From assembly GCA_015487785.1 (NCBI GenBank), contig WFPC01000050.1, forward strand, positions 8,400 through 72,399: DNA of 64,000 nucleotides, given 5' to 3'. Position numbers and translations under genes: made by a program. This document shows positions 49,677-60,725 of the stretch, piece by piece. Source of the DNA: Gammaproteobacteria bacterium. Lineage in GTDB: Bacteria > Pseudomonadota > Gammaproteobacteria > S012-40. Every line of letters begins with the position of its first letter. Positions within the stretch are counted from its first letter, which is position 1. The notes under the pieces were generated by a model. That model was not told where the DNA came from and did not search any database. It was given only the letters and a program-made list of their open reading frames with translations.

Positions 49677-51083
49677 TCATTGTGGCAAGCCTTCGATATG
49701 CTCTATGGCGCGCTGCAGCCGCGCCATCACCCGCGGCTTGCCGATCAACTCGGCGGTGATGTCGATGGACGGCGACACGCTCCCGCCGGTGATGGCCACT
49801 CGCAAGGGTTGGGCCAGCTTGCCCAGCTTGAGTTCGAGTTTCTCGGCGGTGCCGACAATGACCTCGTGGATGGCCTCCGCGCGCCAGTCATGCAACTGCT
49901 CCAGGGCCTGCTGCAGGGCGCGCAGACCTTGCAGGCTGGCCGGCTTGAGGTTCTTGCGCGCGGCCTTTTCCTCGTAGGCATCGAAGTCACGGTAGAAATA
50001 CAGGCTGCTGTCGGCCATTTCCTCCAGGGTCTTGCAGCGTTCGCGCAACACTTCCACAACCCGGCTCAAGGCAGGGCCGTTGGCGGGGTCGATACCGCGC
50101 TGGCCCATGTGCCAGCTCAGGTGATGAGCCACGTGGGCGGGGTCGCTGTGCATGATGTAGTGGTGATTGAGCCAGAGCAGCTTGTCGGGATTGAAAGTGG
50201 AGGCGGCCTTGTTGACCTGGCGAATGTCGAAATGCTCGATCATTTCGTCCACCGAGAAGATCTCCTGGTCACCGTGGGACCAACCCAGGCGCACCAGGTA
50301 GTTGAGCAGGGCCTCGGGCAGGTAGCCCTGGTCACGATACTGCATCACGCTGACCGCGCCATGGCGCTTGGACAAGCGCTTGCCGTCGGCGCCCAGGATC
50401 ATGGGCACATGGGCGTAATGGGGCGGTTCGGCGCCCAGGGCGCGCAGAATATTGATCTGGCGCGGGGTGTTGTTGAGGTGATCGTCGCCACGGATGACGT
50501 AGTCTATGCCCATTTCCATGTCGTCCACCACCACGGTGAGGTTGTAGGTGGGGCTGCCATCGGCACGGGCGATGATGAGATCGTCCAGCTCGCTGTTGTC
50601 GATCACCACTCGACCCTTGACCAGGTCGTCGATGATCACGTTGCCGTGCTCGGGGTTGCGAAAGCGGATCACATGGGGACGGTCCTGCGGGTAATGCGCC
50701 AGGTTGCGGCAATGCCCGTCGTAGCGGGGTTTCTGCTTGTTGGCCATCTGCTTCTCGCGCAGGGCGTCGAGACGCTCGCGGGAGCAATAGCAGCGGTAGG
50801 CATGGCCGCTGTCGAGTAGTTGCTGGATTACCTGGCGATAGCGCTGGAAGCGTTGGGTCTGGAAAAATGGGCCTTCGTCGTATTCCAGCCCCAGCCAGGT
50901 CATGCCCTCGAGAATGGCGTTGACCGACTCGGTGGTGGAACGCTCCAGGTCAGTGTCTTCGATGCGCAGCACGAAACGGCCGCCGTGCTTGCGCGCATGC
51001 AGCCAGGAAAACAGGGCGGTGCGGGCGCCACCGATGTGCAGATAGCCGGTGGGACTGGGAGCGAAGCGGGTTTTCAGCGTCAT
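49677..51083 (-). CDS. gltX: Glutamate--tRNA ligase
   Basis: [19 protein letters not shown]; adjacent Ala/Glu tRNAs. Confidence 0.98.
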   Translation of the reverse strand: MTLKTRFAPSPTGYLHIGGARTALFSWLHARKHGGRFVLRIEDTDLERSTTESVNAILEGMTWLGLEYDEGPFFQTQRFQRYRQVIQQLLDSGHAYRCYCSRERLDALREKQMANKQKPRYDGHCRNLAHYPQDRPHVIRFRNPEHGNVIIDDLVKGRVVIDNSELDDLIIARADGSPTYNLTVVVDDMEMGIDYVIRGDDHLNNTPRQINILRALGAEPPHYAHVPMILGADGKRLSKRHGAVSVMQYRDQGYLPEALLNYLVRLGWSHGDQEIFSVDEMIEHFDIRQVNKAASTFNPDKLLWLNHHYIMHSDPAHVAHHLSWHMGQRGIDPANGPALSRVVEVLRERCKTLEEMADSSLYFYRDFDAYEEKAARKNLKPASLQGLRALQQALEQLHDWRAEAIHEVIVGTAEKLELKLGKLAQPLRVAITGGSVSPSIDITAELIGKPRVMARLQRAIEHIEGLPQ

Positions 51084-51171
51084 GGAATGTCCTGTGGTGG
51101 AATTGTCGCGCGCCTATTCTATAGGGCGGGGTTTAAATGTACAGTAGGCAAAACAAATCAAAGGAATCGAC

Positions 51172-52131
51172 ATGCAGCGCTCACTGTACCCCGAGATCGA
51201 ACCCTATGTGAATCACAGTATCGCGGTGGACCCGCCCCATGTATTGCACGTGGAGGAATGTGGTAATCCCAAGGGTTTGCCAGTGGTGTTTCTGCATGGC
51301 GGTCCTGGTGCTGGCTGTGAGCCCTATCACCGGCGTTTTTTCGATCCGGATATCTATCGCATCATTCTGTTCGACCAGCGTGGCTGTGGCCGTTCCACGC
51401 CCCATGCCGAGCTGGACGGCAACACCACCCAGGCCCTGGTGGCGGATATGGAGCGCATTCGCCAGTATCTGGGCATCAAGCGCTGGCTGGTTTTTGGGGG
51501 ATCTTGGGGTTCTACCCTGGCCCTGGTGTATGCCGAGACCCACCCCGAGCGCGTGGCCGGGTTGGTGCTGCGCGGGATCTTTCTATGCCGACCGCGGGAG
51601 ATCGCCTGGTTCTACCAGGAAGGGGCCAGTAGGGTGTTTCCGGATTACTGGCGGGATTTCGAACGCGTGATTCCCGCAGGTGAACGTGGCGACATGCTGG
51701 CTGCCTATCATGCCCGGCTCACCGGTGACAATGAAATCGCCCGCATGGCGGCGGCCAAGGCCTGGTCCCTGTGGGAGGGGCGTACCGCCAGCCTGCTGCC
51801 CAGTCCGGCGGTGATCGATCATTTCGCCAATCCCTTTACCGCCCTGGCGTTGGCGCGCATCGAATGCCATTACTTCGTCAATGATGCCTTTCTGGAACCC
51901 GACCAGATCCTTGCCCGGGCCCATCGGTTGCGAGAACTCCCCGGCGTCATCGTGCAGGGGCGTTACGACATGGTCTGCCCCATGGAAAGTGCCTGGGCCT
52001 TGCATCAGGCCTGGCCCGAGGCCTGCTTCGAGCTGATTGCCGATGCCGGTCATGCGGCATCGGAACCGGGTATCATCGACGCGTTGGTGCGGGCCACCGA
52101 TAGAATGGCGGAATACGGACTGTTTCTCTAG
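51172..52131 (+). CDS. pip: Proline iminopeptidase
   Basis: HGGPG, DQRGCGRS, GGSWG, AGH. Confidence 0.96.
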   Translation: MQRSLYPEIEPYVNHSIAVDPPHVLHVEECGNPKGLPVVFLHGGPGAGCEPYHRRFFDPDIYRIILFDQRGCGRSTPHAELDGNTTQALVADMERIRQYLGIKRWLVFGGSWGSTLALVYAETHPERVAGLVLRGIFLCRPREIAWFYQEGASRVFPDYWRDFERVIPAGERGDMLAAYHARLTGDNEIARMAAAKAWSLWEGRTASLLPSPAVIDHFANPFTALALARIECHYFVNDAFLEPDQILARAHRLRELPGVIVQGRYDMVCPMESAWALHQAWPEACFELIADAGHAASEPGIIDALVRATDRMAEYGLFL

Positions 52132-52179
52132 ATATTATGTTTTTCTGCCGGCATCGGGAGGCGGTGAAACCCGGAGCCG

Positions 52180-53505
52180 TCAGCCCAGGCGGCGGGCGTA
52201 GAGATCGTGCGGGTCGCTGTTGACGATCTCCACCTGGATGAAATCGCCGGGTTGGGGTGGGGTTTGTCCATCGGGTTCGATCACCACCACGCCGTCGACC
52301 TCTGGTGCCTCGGCGGCGCTGCGGGCGATGATGGCCTCGGGTGATACCGCGTCCACCAGCACGGTCATGCTCCGGCCAATCTTTTCCTTCAGCCTGTCGG
52401 CGCTGATCTCGGCCTGCAGTTCCATGAGCCTGGCCTGGCGTTCGGCCTTGAGTTCTTCGTCGATCTGCCCGGGCAGATCGTTGGCTTCGGCTCCCGCCAC
52501 GTTGGAATAGGTGAAGCAGCCGACCCGGTCCAACCTGGCCTGGCGCAGGAAATCCAGCAGCAGTTCGAAATCTTCCTCGGTCTCGCCCGGATAGCCCACG
52601 ATGAAGGTACTGCGCAGGGTGATCTCGGGGCAGATTTCCCGCCAGCGCTGAATGCGCGCCAGGGTGTTCTCGGTATGAGCCGGTCGGCGCATGGATTTGA
52701 GAATTTTGGGACTGGCATGTTGGAAGGGAATGTCCAGATAGGGCAGGATCCGACCCTCGGCCATCAGCGGCAGTACCTCGTCCACATGGGGATAGGGATA
52801 GACATAGTGCAGCCGTATCCAGACACCCAGTGATCCCAGGGCTGCGACGAGCTCGCGAAAGCGGGTCTTGATCGGACGCCCGCCCCAGAAGCCGGTGCGA
52901 TAGCCCAGGTCCACCCCGTAAGCGCTGGTGTCCTGGGAGATAACCAGCAATTCCCTGACGCCTGCCTGCACCAGATTTTCTGCCTCCTGCATCACCTCGC
53001 CCAGTGGCCGGCTGGCCAGTTTGCCCCGCAGTGCGGGGATAATGCAAAAGCGGCAGCGATGGTTACAGCCCTCGGAAATCTTCAGATAGGCATAATGGCG
53101 CGGGGTGAGCTTGATACCCTGGGGGGGGATCAGCTCGGCGAAGGGCTGTGCAGGCAGGGGCAGGTGATGGTGTACCGCTTCCATCACTTCCTGGGTTGCG
53201 TGGGGTCCGGTCACGGCCAGCACCTGGGGATAGTTGTCCAGCACCACGTTGTCCTTGGCGCCCAGGCAACCGGTGACGATGACCTTGCCGTTTTCCGCCA
53301 GGGCCTCGCCTATGGCCTCCAGGGATTCCGCCACCGCTGCATCGATGAAGCCGCAGGTATTGACCACGACCAGGTCGGCATCTTGGTAGCTGTTGCCAAT
53401 GTGGTAACCCTCGGCGCGTAGGCGGGTGATGATGTGCTCGGCGTCCACCAGCGCCTTGGGGCAGCCCAGGCTGACGAAACCGATGCGGGGAATACGGGGT
53501 GTCAT
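52180..53505 (-). CDS. rimO: Ribosomal protein S12 methylthiotransferase
   Basis: [18 protein letters not shown] radical SAM motif, APEVDG. Confidence 0.96.
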   Translation of the reverse strand: MTPRIPRIGFVSLGCPKALVDAEHIITRLRAEGYHIGNSYQDADLVVVNTCGFIDAAVAESLEAIGEALAENGKVIVTGCLGAKDNVVLDNYPQVLAVTGPHATQEVMEAVHHHLPLPAQPFAELIPPQGIKLTPRHYAYLKISEGCNHRCRFCIIPALRGKLASRPLGEVMQEAENLVQAGVRELLVISQDTSAYGVDLGYRTGFWGGRPIKTRFRELVAALGSLGVWIRLHYVYPYPHVDEVLPLMAEGRILPYLDIPFQHASPKILKSMRRPAHTENTLARIQRWREICPEITLRSTFIVGYPGETEEDFELLLDFLRQARLDRVGCFTYSNVAGAEANDLPGQIDEELKAERQARLMELQAEISADRLKEKIGRSMTVLVDAVSPEAIIARSAAEAPEVDGVVVIEPDGQTPPQPGDFIQVEIVNSDPHDLYARRLG

Positions 53506-53547
53506 GGGGAAAGCGCCTGGCCCGCATGACGCGGGCCAGGCTGAGGA

Positions 53548-53922
53548 TCAATTGCTGGCGGCGGTTTGTGAGTCGCCAGCGGTCTCTTCCGGCAGGCCCT
53601 TGATGGAACGGGCGATCTTTTCCAGCGCCATGTGCTGGTCACGGGCCAGGTTGTAGAGTTTGAAGCCAGTTTCGACCACCGCATTGTAGAAGCCGGGGAT
53701 GCGGTACCCCAGATAGAACACGTAGATGACCGCCGGCACGGCAACGATGAAGGCGAAAATGCCGTTGAAACCAATGCCATGGTCCAGAAAACCGATGAAA
53801 TGGTAGAGCAGCGCCAACGGTAACAGCAGCAGGGTGCCGAAGAAAGCGGACAGAATCAGCGCGAAAAAAACCAGAATGCTGAATTGAATAATGCGAACGA
53901 GTGCAAGGTTTACTTTATCCAT
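53548..53922 (-). CDS. Hypothetical membrane protein
   Basis: Two to three hydrophobic helices from MDKVNLAL. Confidence 0.7.
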   Translation of the reverse strand: MDKVNLALVRIIQFSILVFFALILSAFFGTLLLLPLALLYHFIGFLDHGIGFNGIFAFIVAVPAVIYVFYLGYRIPGFYNAVVETGFKLYNLARDQHMALEKIARSIKGLPEETAGDSQTAASN

Positions 53923-54163
53923 GGAGTGTAATAATTCGATTGATGGTTGACCTGTCGGGCCTGGGCCCAACCCCAAGAGTACCAATGGGTTATTCCACCG
54001 TACTCGCAGAAGGTCTATAGTTTAGCGGTTAGTCATGACAATGGCCACCCGGCGTGTGGCCGTTGCTTGTAGGGGCGTTTTCGGGAAGGGTGGAACAGGG
54101 CTTCGTTTACCGGGGTCTTACTATCGTTTAGACTTGTATTAATCGATCAAAAGGAAGGCCGTC

Positions 54164-54580
54164 ATGAAAATATCATCGAAGGGACGTTATGCCGTGGCCG
54201 CCATGATGGACCTGGCTTTACATGAAGGCTCGCGCTCGCTCACCATCGCCGATATTGCTGAAAAACAGAAAATTTCGCTTTCCTACCTGGAACAGATCTT
54301 CGCCGATCTGCGTCGCGCCGGGCTGGTCAAGGGAACCCGTGGCCCGGGTGGTGGGTATCGTCTGGCCAAGCCGGCCTCGGAAATCAGCATTGCCCAGATC
54401 ATCCAGGCCCTGGATGAAAAATACCCCAACAAGGGTAGCGACGACTACCTGCCCTATGAGCTGTGGACCGGTCTCAGCAAGCGGCTCTACCAGTTTCTCG
54501 ACACCATCAGCCTCAGCGAGTGCGTGGACGAAAAAAGCCTGGAATCGCTGGGCCTGAGCGTGCGCCAGCGCCAGGGTTGA
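54164..54580 (+). CDS. Rrf2 family regulator (IscR-like, lacking Fe-S Cys ligands)
   Basis: KGRYAV.AM.DLA, ISLSYLEQ, RGPGGGYRL. Confidence 0.92.
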   Translation: MKISSKGRYAVAAMMDLALHEGSRSLTIADIAEKQKISLSYLEQIFADLRRAGLVKGTRGPGGGYRLAKPASEISIAQIIQALDEKYPNKGSDDYLPYELWTGLSKRLYQFLDTISLSECVDEKSLESLGLSVRQRQG

Positions 54581-54721
54581 TCGCTTTCTTCATTCACCGC
54601 CGCATTTTTCCTGCCATCTCCCTTGTCGTCGGCTTCGCTTAGTGAAGCCACTGCCGGCGCAAGTCTGCCCTGGATGGAAGCGGGCGAGGGAGACATTTAC
54701 GCCGTGACCGGTCGGTCGTGC

Positions 54722-55315
54722 TCAATGCCCTATGGCACGGTTCAACTGGGCGAAGGTATTGGCCCGGGGTGCCAGGGTCAGGGGAGTGCCCAGTTGCCGG
54801 CTGATCTGGGTGGAGGAGAAGATGCCGCGCAAGATGTAATCGCTGTTGCTCCGGGTCTGGTAGACGATGAGGTGCTGCCTGCCGCATTGCTCCAGGGTTT
54901 TGACGATGTCGCCCACGCTGGCGCGTTCCACCTCGTGGAAGTCCAGAGCTTCCAGTTCATTGGCGGGCGTCATGATATCCTGCACCTGGATGGTTTCCCG
55001 GCTGCCTCCGTGTTCATGCAGATAGAGCACGGGTTTTTCACCCAGCAGGTCGGTAGCAGTGATCAGTCCCAGGATGACACCGTTGTTGCCGGTCACGAAC
55101 AGCAAGCGCACGCCGGCGATGATCATCTTATTGTTGGCATCCTCCAGGCTCGAGAAAGGTGAGATGCTAAAGGGTGTGACCTGCTTCAGATCGGTCATGA
55201 CCCGCAAGGCAGGGTCATCGTAGCCGAGTGGGCCGGCCAGGTGAGTGTAGGGTTGATGAAGGCGTGTCTCAGTGGGCAGGGTGTGATGAACGAGAGCGTG
55301 ATAGGTGTCTTGCAT
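54722..55315 (-). CDS. CBS domain protein
   Basis: VMTD, GVRLLFV, GLITATDL, VQDIMTP, GIFS. Confidence 0.85.
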   Translation of the reverse strand: MQDTYHALVHHTLPTETRLHQPYTHLAGPLGYDDPALRVMTDLKQVTPFSISPFSSLEDANNKMIIAGVRLLFVTGNNGVILGLITATDLLGEKPVLYLHEHGGSRETIQVQDIMTPANELEALDFHEVERASVGDIVKTLEQCGRQHLIVYQTRSNSDYILRGIFSSTQISRQLGTPLTLAPRANTFAQLNRAIGH

Positions 55316-55451
55316 GATGCGGCCTCCTGCAATGCTCGGGGAGTATGGGATGAAGTTTAGTTCATTTCTCAGGATTTTGAAGGAGCAAATAAAATATCTT
55401 TCAAATCATCCGTGTAAGGGATGATTTTCATGTTGTTTGTTGGTTGTCGCG

Positions 55452-56372
55452 ATGTTTGATGTGCTGTTACAAATGGCCGGCCTGATTCTGTGTGGCACCT
55501 TGTGGCGTTTTTTCCGCCCGGGCGATATCGAGCCGGATTTGCTGCGCCGTGGCTTGAGCAGCCTGGTCTATCACCTGTTGTTACCCGCCCTGGTTTTGGG
55601 CGTGTTGTGGCAAGCTCCTCTCGGTAGTCAGTCGTTGTGGATCGTGTTTTTGGCTTTCAGCGGGGTCTTGTTCGGACTGGGGCTGGGCTGGTTGAGTTGC
55701 CGTATATGGCATTTGCGACCAGCGGTGACGGGCGCGGTGATTCTGGCCGCGGCTTTTCCCAATGCCACGTATCTGGGTTTGCCGGTGCTGGAGGCGACCC
55801 TGGGTACATGGTCGCGGGCGGTGGCCATTCAGTACGACCTGTTTGCCTGTACGCCGCTTTTGCTCAGCGCGGGCGTCTTGATCGCCCGCCATTACGGGCA
55901 CAAGGCCCAGCACGAACGGTTTTTGCGAGGGCTGTTCAAAGTGCCGCCGTTGTGGGCCGCCCTGTTGGCGCTGGGGCTCAATCTTGCCGGTGTGGAGCAA
56001 CCAGAGCTGCTGGAAGAGTGGCTGCTCCGGCTGGGGCAGGGCGTGAGCCTGTTGATGTTGTTGGCTCTGGGTATGAGCCTGCAATGGGACAACAGCCGTT
56101 GGAAGACCCTGCCAACCCTGCTTCCGGTGTTACTGATACAGTTGTTGTTGACCCCGGCCTTGGTCTGGCTGCTGGGTTCTGGCAGTGACCTGGAGCCCCG
56201 GGTCTTGCAGGCGGTGGTGTTGGAAGCGGCCATGCCCAGCATGGTGATCGGTATCGTATTGTGTGATCGCTTTGGCTTGGACACCACGCTTTACGCCACC
56301 ACTGTGACGGTGACCACGGCGGCTTCCCTGTTGAGCCTGCCCTTGTGGTTCGGCTGGTTGGGGATCGCCTGA
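55452..56372 (+). CDS. AEC family transporter
   Basis: FPNATYLGLPV, LEAAMP, about 10 TM. Confidence 0.9.
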   Translation: MFDVLLQMAGLILCGTLWRFFRPGDIEPDLLRRGLSSLVYHLLLPALVLGVLWQAPLGSQSLWIVFLAFSGVLFGLGLGWLSCRIWHLRPAVTGAVILAAAFPNATYLGLPVLEATLGTWSRAVAIQYDLFACTPLLLSAGVLIARHYGHKAQHERFLRGLFKVPPLWAALLALGLNLAGVEQPELLEEWLLRLGQGVSLLMLLALGMSLQWDNSRWKTLPTLLPVLLIQLLLTPALVWLLGSGSDLEPRVLQAVVLEAAMPSMVIGIVLCDRFGLDTTLYATTVTVTTAASLLSLPLWFGWLGIA

Positions 56373-56417
56373 GGGGACCCCATATCTGGAGTAAGACAAA
56401 AACGAAAGGAGCACGCC

Positions 56418-56798
56418 ATGCAGATCGAAACCGAACAATTGTCCCAACTGAAACAGCGCCTGCTCGAGCGTTACAATCACCTGCGCCGTGATCTCTACCA
56501 CGAGTTGCGGAAAATCGGCCGCGAGGAAGATTTCAAAGACTTGGCCGGCGAGGTGCACGATATCGGCGAGGTATCGGTGGCCGACGGGATCTTCGAGACC
56601 GACATCGAACTCATCGACGTACAGGCGCGTGAGCTGCGCCGGGTGGAAGAAGCGCTGGTGCGCATGGCCCAGGGCCATTATGGTGAGTGCATCGACTGTG
56701 GCCAGGCCATTCCCGCCGAGCGCCTGCTGGCCGAGCCCGAGGCCGCCCGCTGCCTGGCCTGCCAGCAACGCTTCGAGCGGGAGCATCCGGCTCACTGA
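56418..56798 (+). CDS. TraR/DksA C4 zinc-finger protein
   Basis: YGECIDCGQAIP.ERL.A.P.A.RCLACQ. Confidence 0.92.
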   Translation: MQIETEQLSQLKQRLLERYNHLRRDLYHELRKIGREEDFKDLAGEVHDIGEVSVADGIFETDIELIDVQARELRRVEEALVRMAQGHYGECIDCGQAIPAERLLAEPEAARCLACQQRFEREHPAH

Positions 56799-56806
56799 AG
56801 GCTTGC

Positions 56807-57910
56807 TCAGCAGATACGGGGCAACTGCTCTCCGGGCAAGGGATCGATGACGCGTTCGCCGCCGAAGGCCGTGCCGAGGATCACGCTGGCGACGGGTTGG
56901 TCGCGAACTTCGCCGATACAGGTAGCCTGGCGTCCGGCGGGGTGGGCGCGCATGACGGCCAGCAAGCTATCGGTTTGGCTGGCCGGCACGATGGCCACCA
57001 ATCGACCCTCGTTGGCCAGGTAGAGTGGATCGAACCCGAGAATCTCGCACAGGCCCCGTACCGCCTCCCGAACCGGCAGGGCGGTTTCCTCTATGCGCAT
57101 GGCACGGGCGCTGGCCTGGGCAAATTCGTTGAGCAGGCTGGCAATGCCTCCGCGGGTGGCGTCACGCAGACAATGGATCTCGGGACATTGCCTCAGCATG
57201 GTTTGCACCAGCCCGTTGAGTGGCTGACAATCACTCTAGATGGTGCTGTCCAGTGCCAGTTCGCCGCGGGCGGAGACAATGGCGGCGCCATGATCGCCGA
57301 CAGGACCGTTGACCAGGATGGCATCGCCGGGACGGGCGCGATGAGCACCGAGGCTGATACCGGCGGGAATGACACCAATACCGGTGGTGTTGATGAACAG
57401 CTTGTCGGCACTGCCGCGAGGAACCACCTTGGTGTCGCCGGTGACGATTTGTACGCCGGCGGCGACGGCCGTCTCGGCCATGGAGGCCACCACACGGCGC
57501 AACTGGGACAGCCTCAAGCCTTCCTCGATGATCATACTGCAAGTGAGATAACGGGGCGTGGCACCGCCCACGGCCAAGTCGTTGCCATGCCGGTTGTCGT
57601 CAGCTTGCGGGGTGATCTGGAGGCCGTAACTGGCACAGCCGGGGCAGGGGTCGAGCAGGGAGTTCAAAGGTATCTCGGCTTGGCAGAGTGAACACCAGCC
57701 CCGCCCGGGCGTCTGCTCGATATGTACGATGGCCCCCTCGGCCAGGGTGCCACGACAAGCCAGACCGAAGCCAAAGCGCAGTGCTTCGGCATCCACGCAG
57801 GCTAGTGCACCGATTTCCAGCCAGAGTTGCTTCACATGCTGGAAATTCTGCGCCCGTGCCTGTTCCTCGAGTTGGTCGAGAATGGCGGCGCAAAGCGTCA
57901 TTTCATGCAT
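56807..57910 (-). pseudogene. hypA::hypE deletion-fusion relic
   Basis: HypA (MHEM, CSLC, CPGC) joined to internal HypE (NDLAVGGA, VTGDTKVV); in-frame TAG at 57236-57238; HypE end GEQLPRIC. Confidence 0.85.
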
Positions 57911-57987
57911 TGCCTGCCTCCCGAGCCTGGCAGCAACTACCCTCCGCGCCGACACCATGGGAGCGGAGCCATCGAGGTACGATTGTC

Positions 57988-58917
57988 TTACTTTGTGGCG
58001 CTGTCCACAAGCGTTTGTGACAAGCAGACCCGGTTGCGGCCGGCATGTTTGGCGGCGTACATGGCTTGATCGGTCTGCTGGAACAGGCTGTCCGGATCGT
58101 CGTCGGGAGTGAGGGTGTGAACACCGAGGCTGAGGGTGACGGCGATGCGCTTGTGGCCGTAGTGGCAGGGGCGATTTGCGGTGTGTTTGCGGATGCGCTC
58201 GGCCAGTTGTCGAGCGCCTTCCCGCGCGGTATTGGTGAGCAAGACTACGAATTCCTCGCCGCCGTAGCGAAACAATACATCGGAGGCACGGATGCACTGA
58301 CGCATGATGGCGGCTACCTGCATGATGACGGCATCGCCGGCGGCATGGCCATGGCGATCGTTGACCTGCTTGAAATGATCGATATCGGCACAGATCATGG
58401 ACAAGGGGGTGCGATGGCGCCGGGACAGATGAATTTCTCGCTCCACCATATCCTGGAAGACGCTGCGATTATTGGCCCCGGTGAGGGGGTCCGTGGCGGC
58501 AATGGCCAGGGCCTGGTGGTAGAGCAGGGCATTGCGCAGCGGATAGCCCAAAAGTTCGCAGCATTGGGCGAACAGACGTTGTTCCCGGGCATCGAAAGGG
58601 GTTTCACGGGTCAGACGCACGATGCCCAGCGGGGTTTGTTCCTCGGCCAGCAACAGCACCCGTTCGAGTGCATACCGTCCCGATCTGCCCACCTGCAGAA
58701 CTTGCGGCAGGACATGGCTGTAGTAGTCCAGGCCGGTATGGGGAATAGGGCTGCGTAGCAGTCCGGAAAAGATTTCCAACAAGGTGCTCAGCTCCAGGCT
58801 GGTCTGCAATTCCCGGCTGGCTCGATGAACCAGCTCGGCATCCAGCTCATGTTGGGGGGTGGCGAGCGGAACGGGCTGTTCCACGGAATGCTCGGACAGG
58901 GCTTCTACCGACAACAT
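57988..58917 (-). CDS. Diguanylate cyclase
   Basis: DPLTG, DIDHFKQVND, RYGGEEF. Confidence 0.93.
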   Translation of the reverse strand: MLSVEALSEHSVEQPVPLATPQHELDAELVHRASRELQTSLELSTLLEIFSGLLRSPIPHTGLDYYSHVLPQVLQVGRSGRYALERVLLLAEEQTPLGIVRLTRETPFDAREQRLFAQCCELLGYPLRNALLYHQALAIAATDPLTGANNRSVFQDMVEREIHLSRRHRTPLSMICADIDHFKQVNDRHGHAAGDAVIMQVAAIMRQCIRASDVLFRYGGEEFVVLLTNTAREGARQLAERIRKHTANRPCHYGHKRIAVTLSLGVHTLTPDDDPDSLFQQTDQAMYAAKHAGRNRVCLSQTLVDSATK

Positions 58918-58953
58918 GCTGTGACTCCTCGTGTGAATAGACTCGCATGAAAC

Positions 58954-58970
58954 AGCGATGATCGTGCCAA
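58954..58970 (-). promoter_or_regulatory. Sigma54 promoter of the diguanylate cyclase
   Basis: TTGGCAC-GATCA-TCGCT on the minus strand. Confidence 0.55.
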
Positions 58971-59153
58971 TCCGTCAAAAAAATGGCGACCCCTGTTTTT
59001 GAGGGGGGATGATCCGAGTGCTGGAGCCCAAATGAGAACGGCGTCCGGGCGGCAAGCGGCAATCACTTGCCGACTGGGCCGGATCTGCCTTGCCGCTGCG
59101 GCGTCTTTTGCGAGTGTGTTACCATGCGAATTTTGTCCCACGGGCGGGGTAGC

Positions 59154-59975
59154 ATGCGCGTTACTGGAACAGTACAGAAGATGGCCGTGACACTGGCCGA
59201 GCCGGTGCAGTATCGGTTGCGTCTGGACGATGCCGAAATCGAACTCAATCCCTTCATTGGACAACATATCCGCCTGCACTACCAGGGTGAGATCCATTGT
59301 CTGGCCTGTGGCCGCAAGACACGCAAATCCTATTGCCAGGGTCATTGTTTTCCCTGCAGTCAACGGCTCGCCGCCTGCGATATCTGCATCGTGCGGCCGG
59401 AGAAATGCCACTACGACCAGGGTACCTGCCGCGAGCCCGAATGGGCCCGGGACCATTGCCTGCAAGAGCATGTGCTGTATCTGGCCAATACTTCGGCCAT
59501 CAAGGTGGGTATTACCCGTCGCAGCCAGATTCCCACCCGCTGGATCGACCAGGGAGCCACTCAGGCCCTGCCCGTTCTCAAGGCGGCCAGTCGTCACCAA
59601 GTGGGTTTGCTGGAACTGGCCTTCAAGGCGGAAATGGCCGATCGCACCGACTGGCGTGCCATGTTGCGTGGCGAGCCCCCTGCCCTGGATCTGCAGGCCG
59701 ACCGGGATAGCATGCTGGAACGGGTGGGCGCCGGAGTGGATGAATTGCGGCACCGCTTCGGTGAAGCGCAGATCACTATTCTGCCGCTGCAACCGGTGGT
59801 GGAGATTAATTACCCCGTGTTGCGCTACCCGGAAAAAATCAAGGCCCTGAATTTCGACAAGACACCTCTGATAGAGGGTCGTCTCGAAGGGATCAAGGGG
59901 CAGTACCTCTTGTTGGACTGCGGTGTGATCAACCTGCGCAAGTTCGGCGGTTACCAGGTGGAGTTTACGCTTTGA
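59154..59975 (+). CDS. DUF2797 domain protein
   Basis: CLACGR, KVGITR, RWIDQGA, GIKGQYL. Confidence 0.9.
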   Translation: MRVTGTVQKMAVTLAEPVQYRLRLDDAEIELNPFIGQHIRLHYQGEIHCLACGRKTRKSYCQGHCFPCSQRLAACDICIVRPEKCHYDQGTCREPEWARDHCLQEHVLYLANTSAIKVGITRRSQIPTRWIDQGATQALPVLKAASRHQVGLLELAFKAEMADRTDWRAMLRGEPPALDLQADRDSMLERVGAGVDELRHRFGEAQITILPLQPVVEINYPVLRYPEKIKALNFDKTPLIEGRLEGIKGQYLLLDCGVINLRKFGGYQVEFTL

Positions 59976-60017
59976 TCAGTGTTTTCCAAGCATGAAACGA
60001 CGAACGATGGAGAAGTG

Positions 60018-60674
60018 ATGGACGCGGATTTTTGGTTACAACGTTGGCGTGATGGCCTGATCGGTTTTCACCAGAGCGATATCAATCCCTTTCTGCAGCG
60101 CCATTGGCAGAGGCTGGGCTTGCAAGGGGGGGAGCGGGTGTTCGTGCCCCTATGTGGCAAGAGCAAGGACATGCTGTGGCTGCGCAAACAGGGTCATTCG
60201 GTGTTCGGGATAGAACTGAGCGAACTGGCGGTGGACAGTTTCTTCAAGGAAAACCAGCTCAATCCCAGTCAGCGTCACTGGGCGGGGCTGCCCTGCTATG
60301 AGGCCGATAATATCGCTCTGTGCCAGGGTGATTTCTTTCATTTGCGGCCCGAACACATGAGTTCGGTGAGGGCGGTCTACGACCGGGCCTCGCTGGTGGC
60401 CTTGCCTCCCGCCATGCGCGTCGACTATGCCCGACATCAGGCGAATATCCTGCCGGTCGGGTGCGAGGTGTTATTGATCAGCCTCGAGTATCCCGAGGGT
60501 CAGATGGAAGGCCCGCCATTTTCCATCGGGGCTGCCGAGGTCGAGACACTCTATGGGCAGGCCTTCGAGATCGAACACCTGGAAACTTGCGATACCCTGG
60601 AGCGCAACCCCCGTTTCCGCGAGCAGGGTTTGACGGAATTGCGCGAGAGTTGTTTTCGCCTGAGCAGGCGTTGA
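60018..60674 (+). CDS. tpm: Thiopurine S-methyltransferase
   Basis: FW..RW...IGFHQ, VPLCGKSKDM, YDRASLVALP, GPPFS. Confidence 0.95.
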   Translation: MDADFWLQRWRDGLIGFHQSDINPFLQRHWQRLGLQGGERVFVPLCGKSKDMLWLRKQGHSVFGIELSELAVDSFFKENQLNPSQRHWAGLPCYEADNIALCQGDFFHLRPEHMSSVRAVYDRASLVALPPAMRVDYARHQANILPVGCEVLLISLEYPEGQMEGPPFSIGAAEVETLYGQAFEIEHLETCDTLERNPRFREQGLTELRESCFRLSRR

Positions 60675-60682
60675 GAAAGAAA

Positions 60683-60704
60683 GCAGGCGCCCGAAGGCGC
60701 CTGC
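60683..60704 (-). terminator. Terminator between tpm and ccp
   Basis: GCAGGCGCC-CGAA-GGCGCCTGC with an A-run on the left side. Confidence 0.65.
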
Positions 60705-60725
60705 CGTGAATGGACCGCGAGTGAC

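Noticed and set aside
57236-57238. In-frame TAG in hypE as pyrrolysine or programmed read-through
   Set aside because: The gene also lacks its N-terminal part and no pyl genes are seen; a nonsense mutation is simpler.
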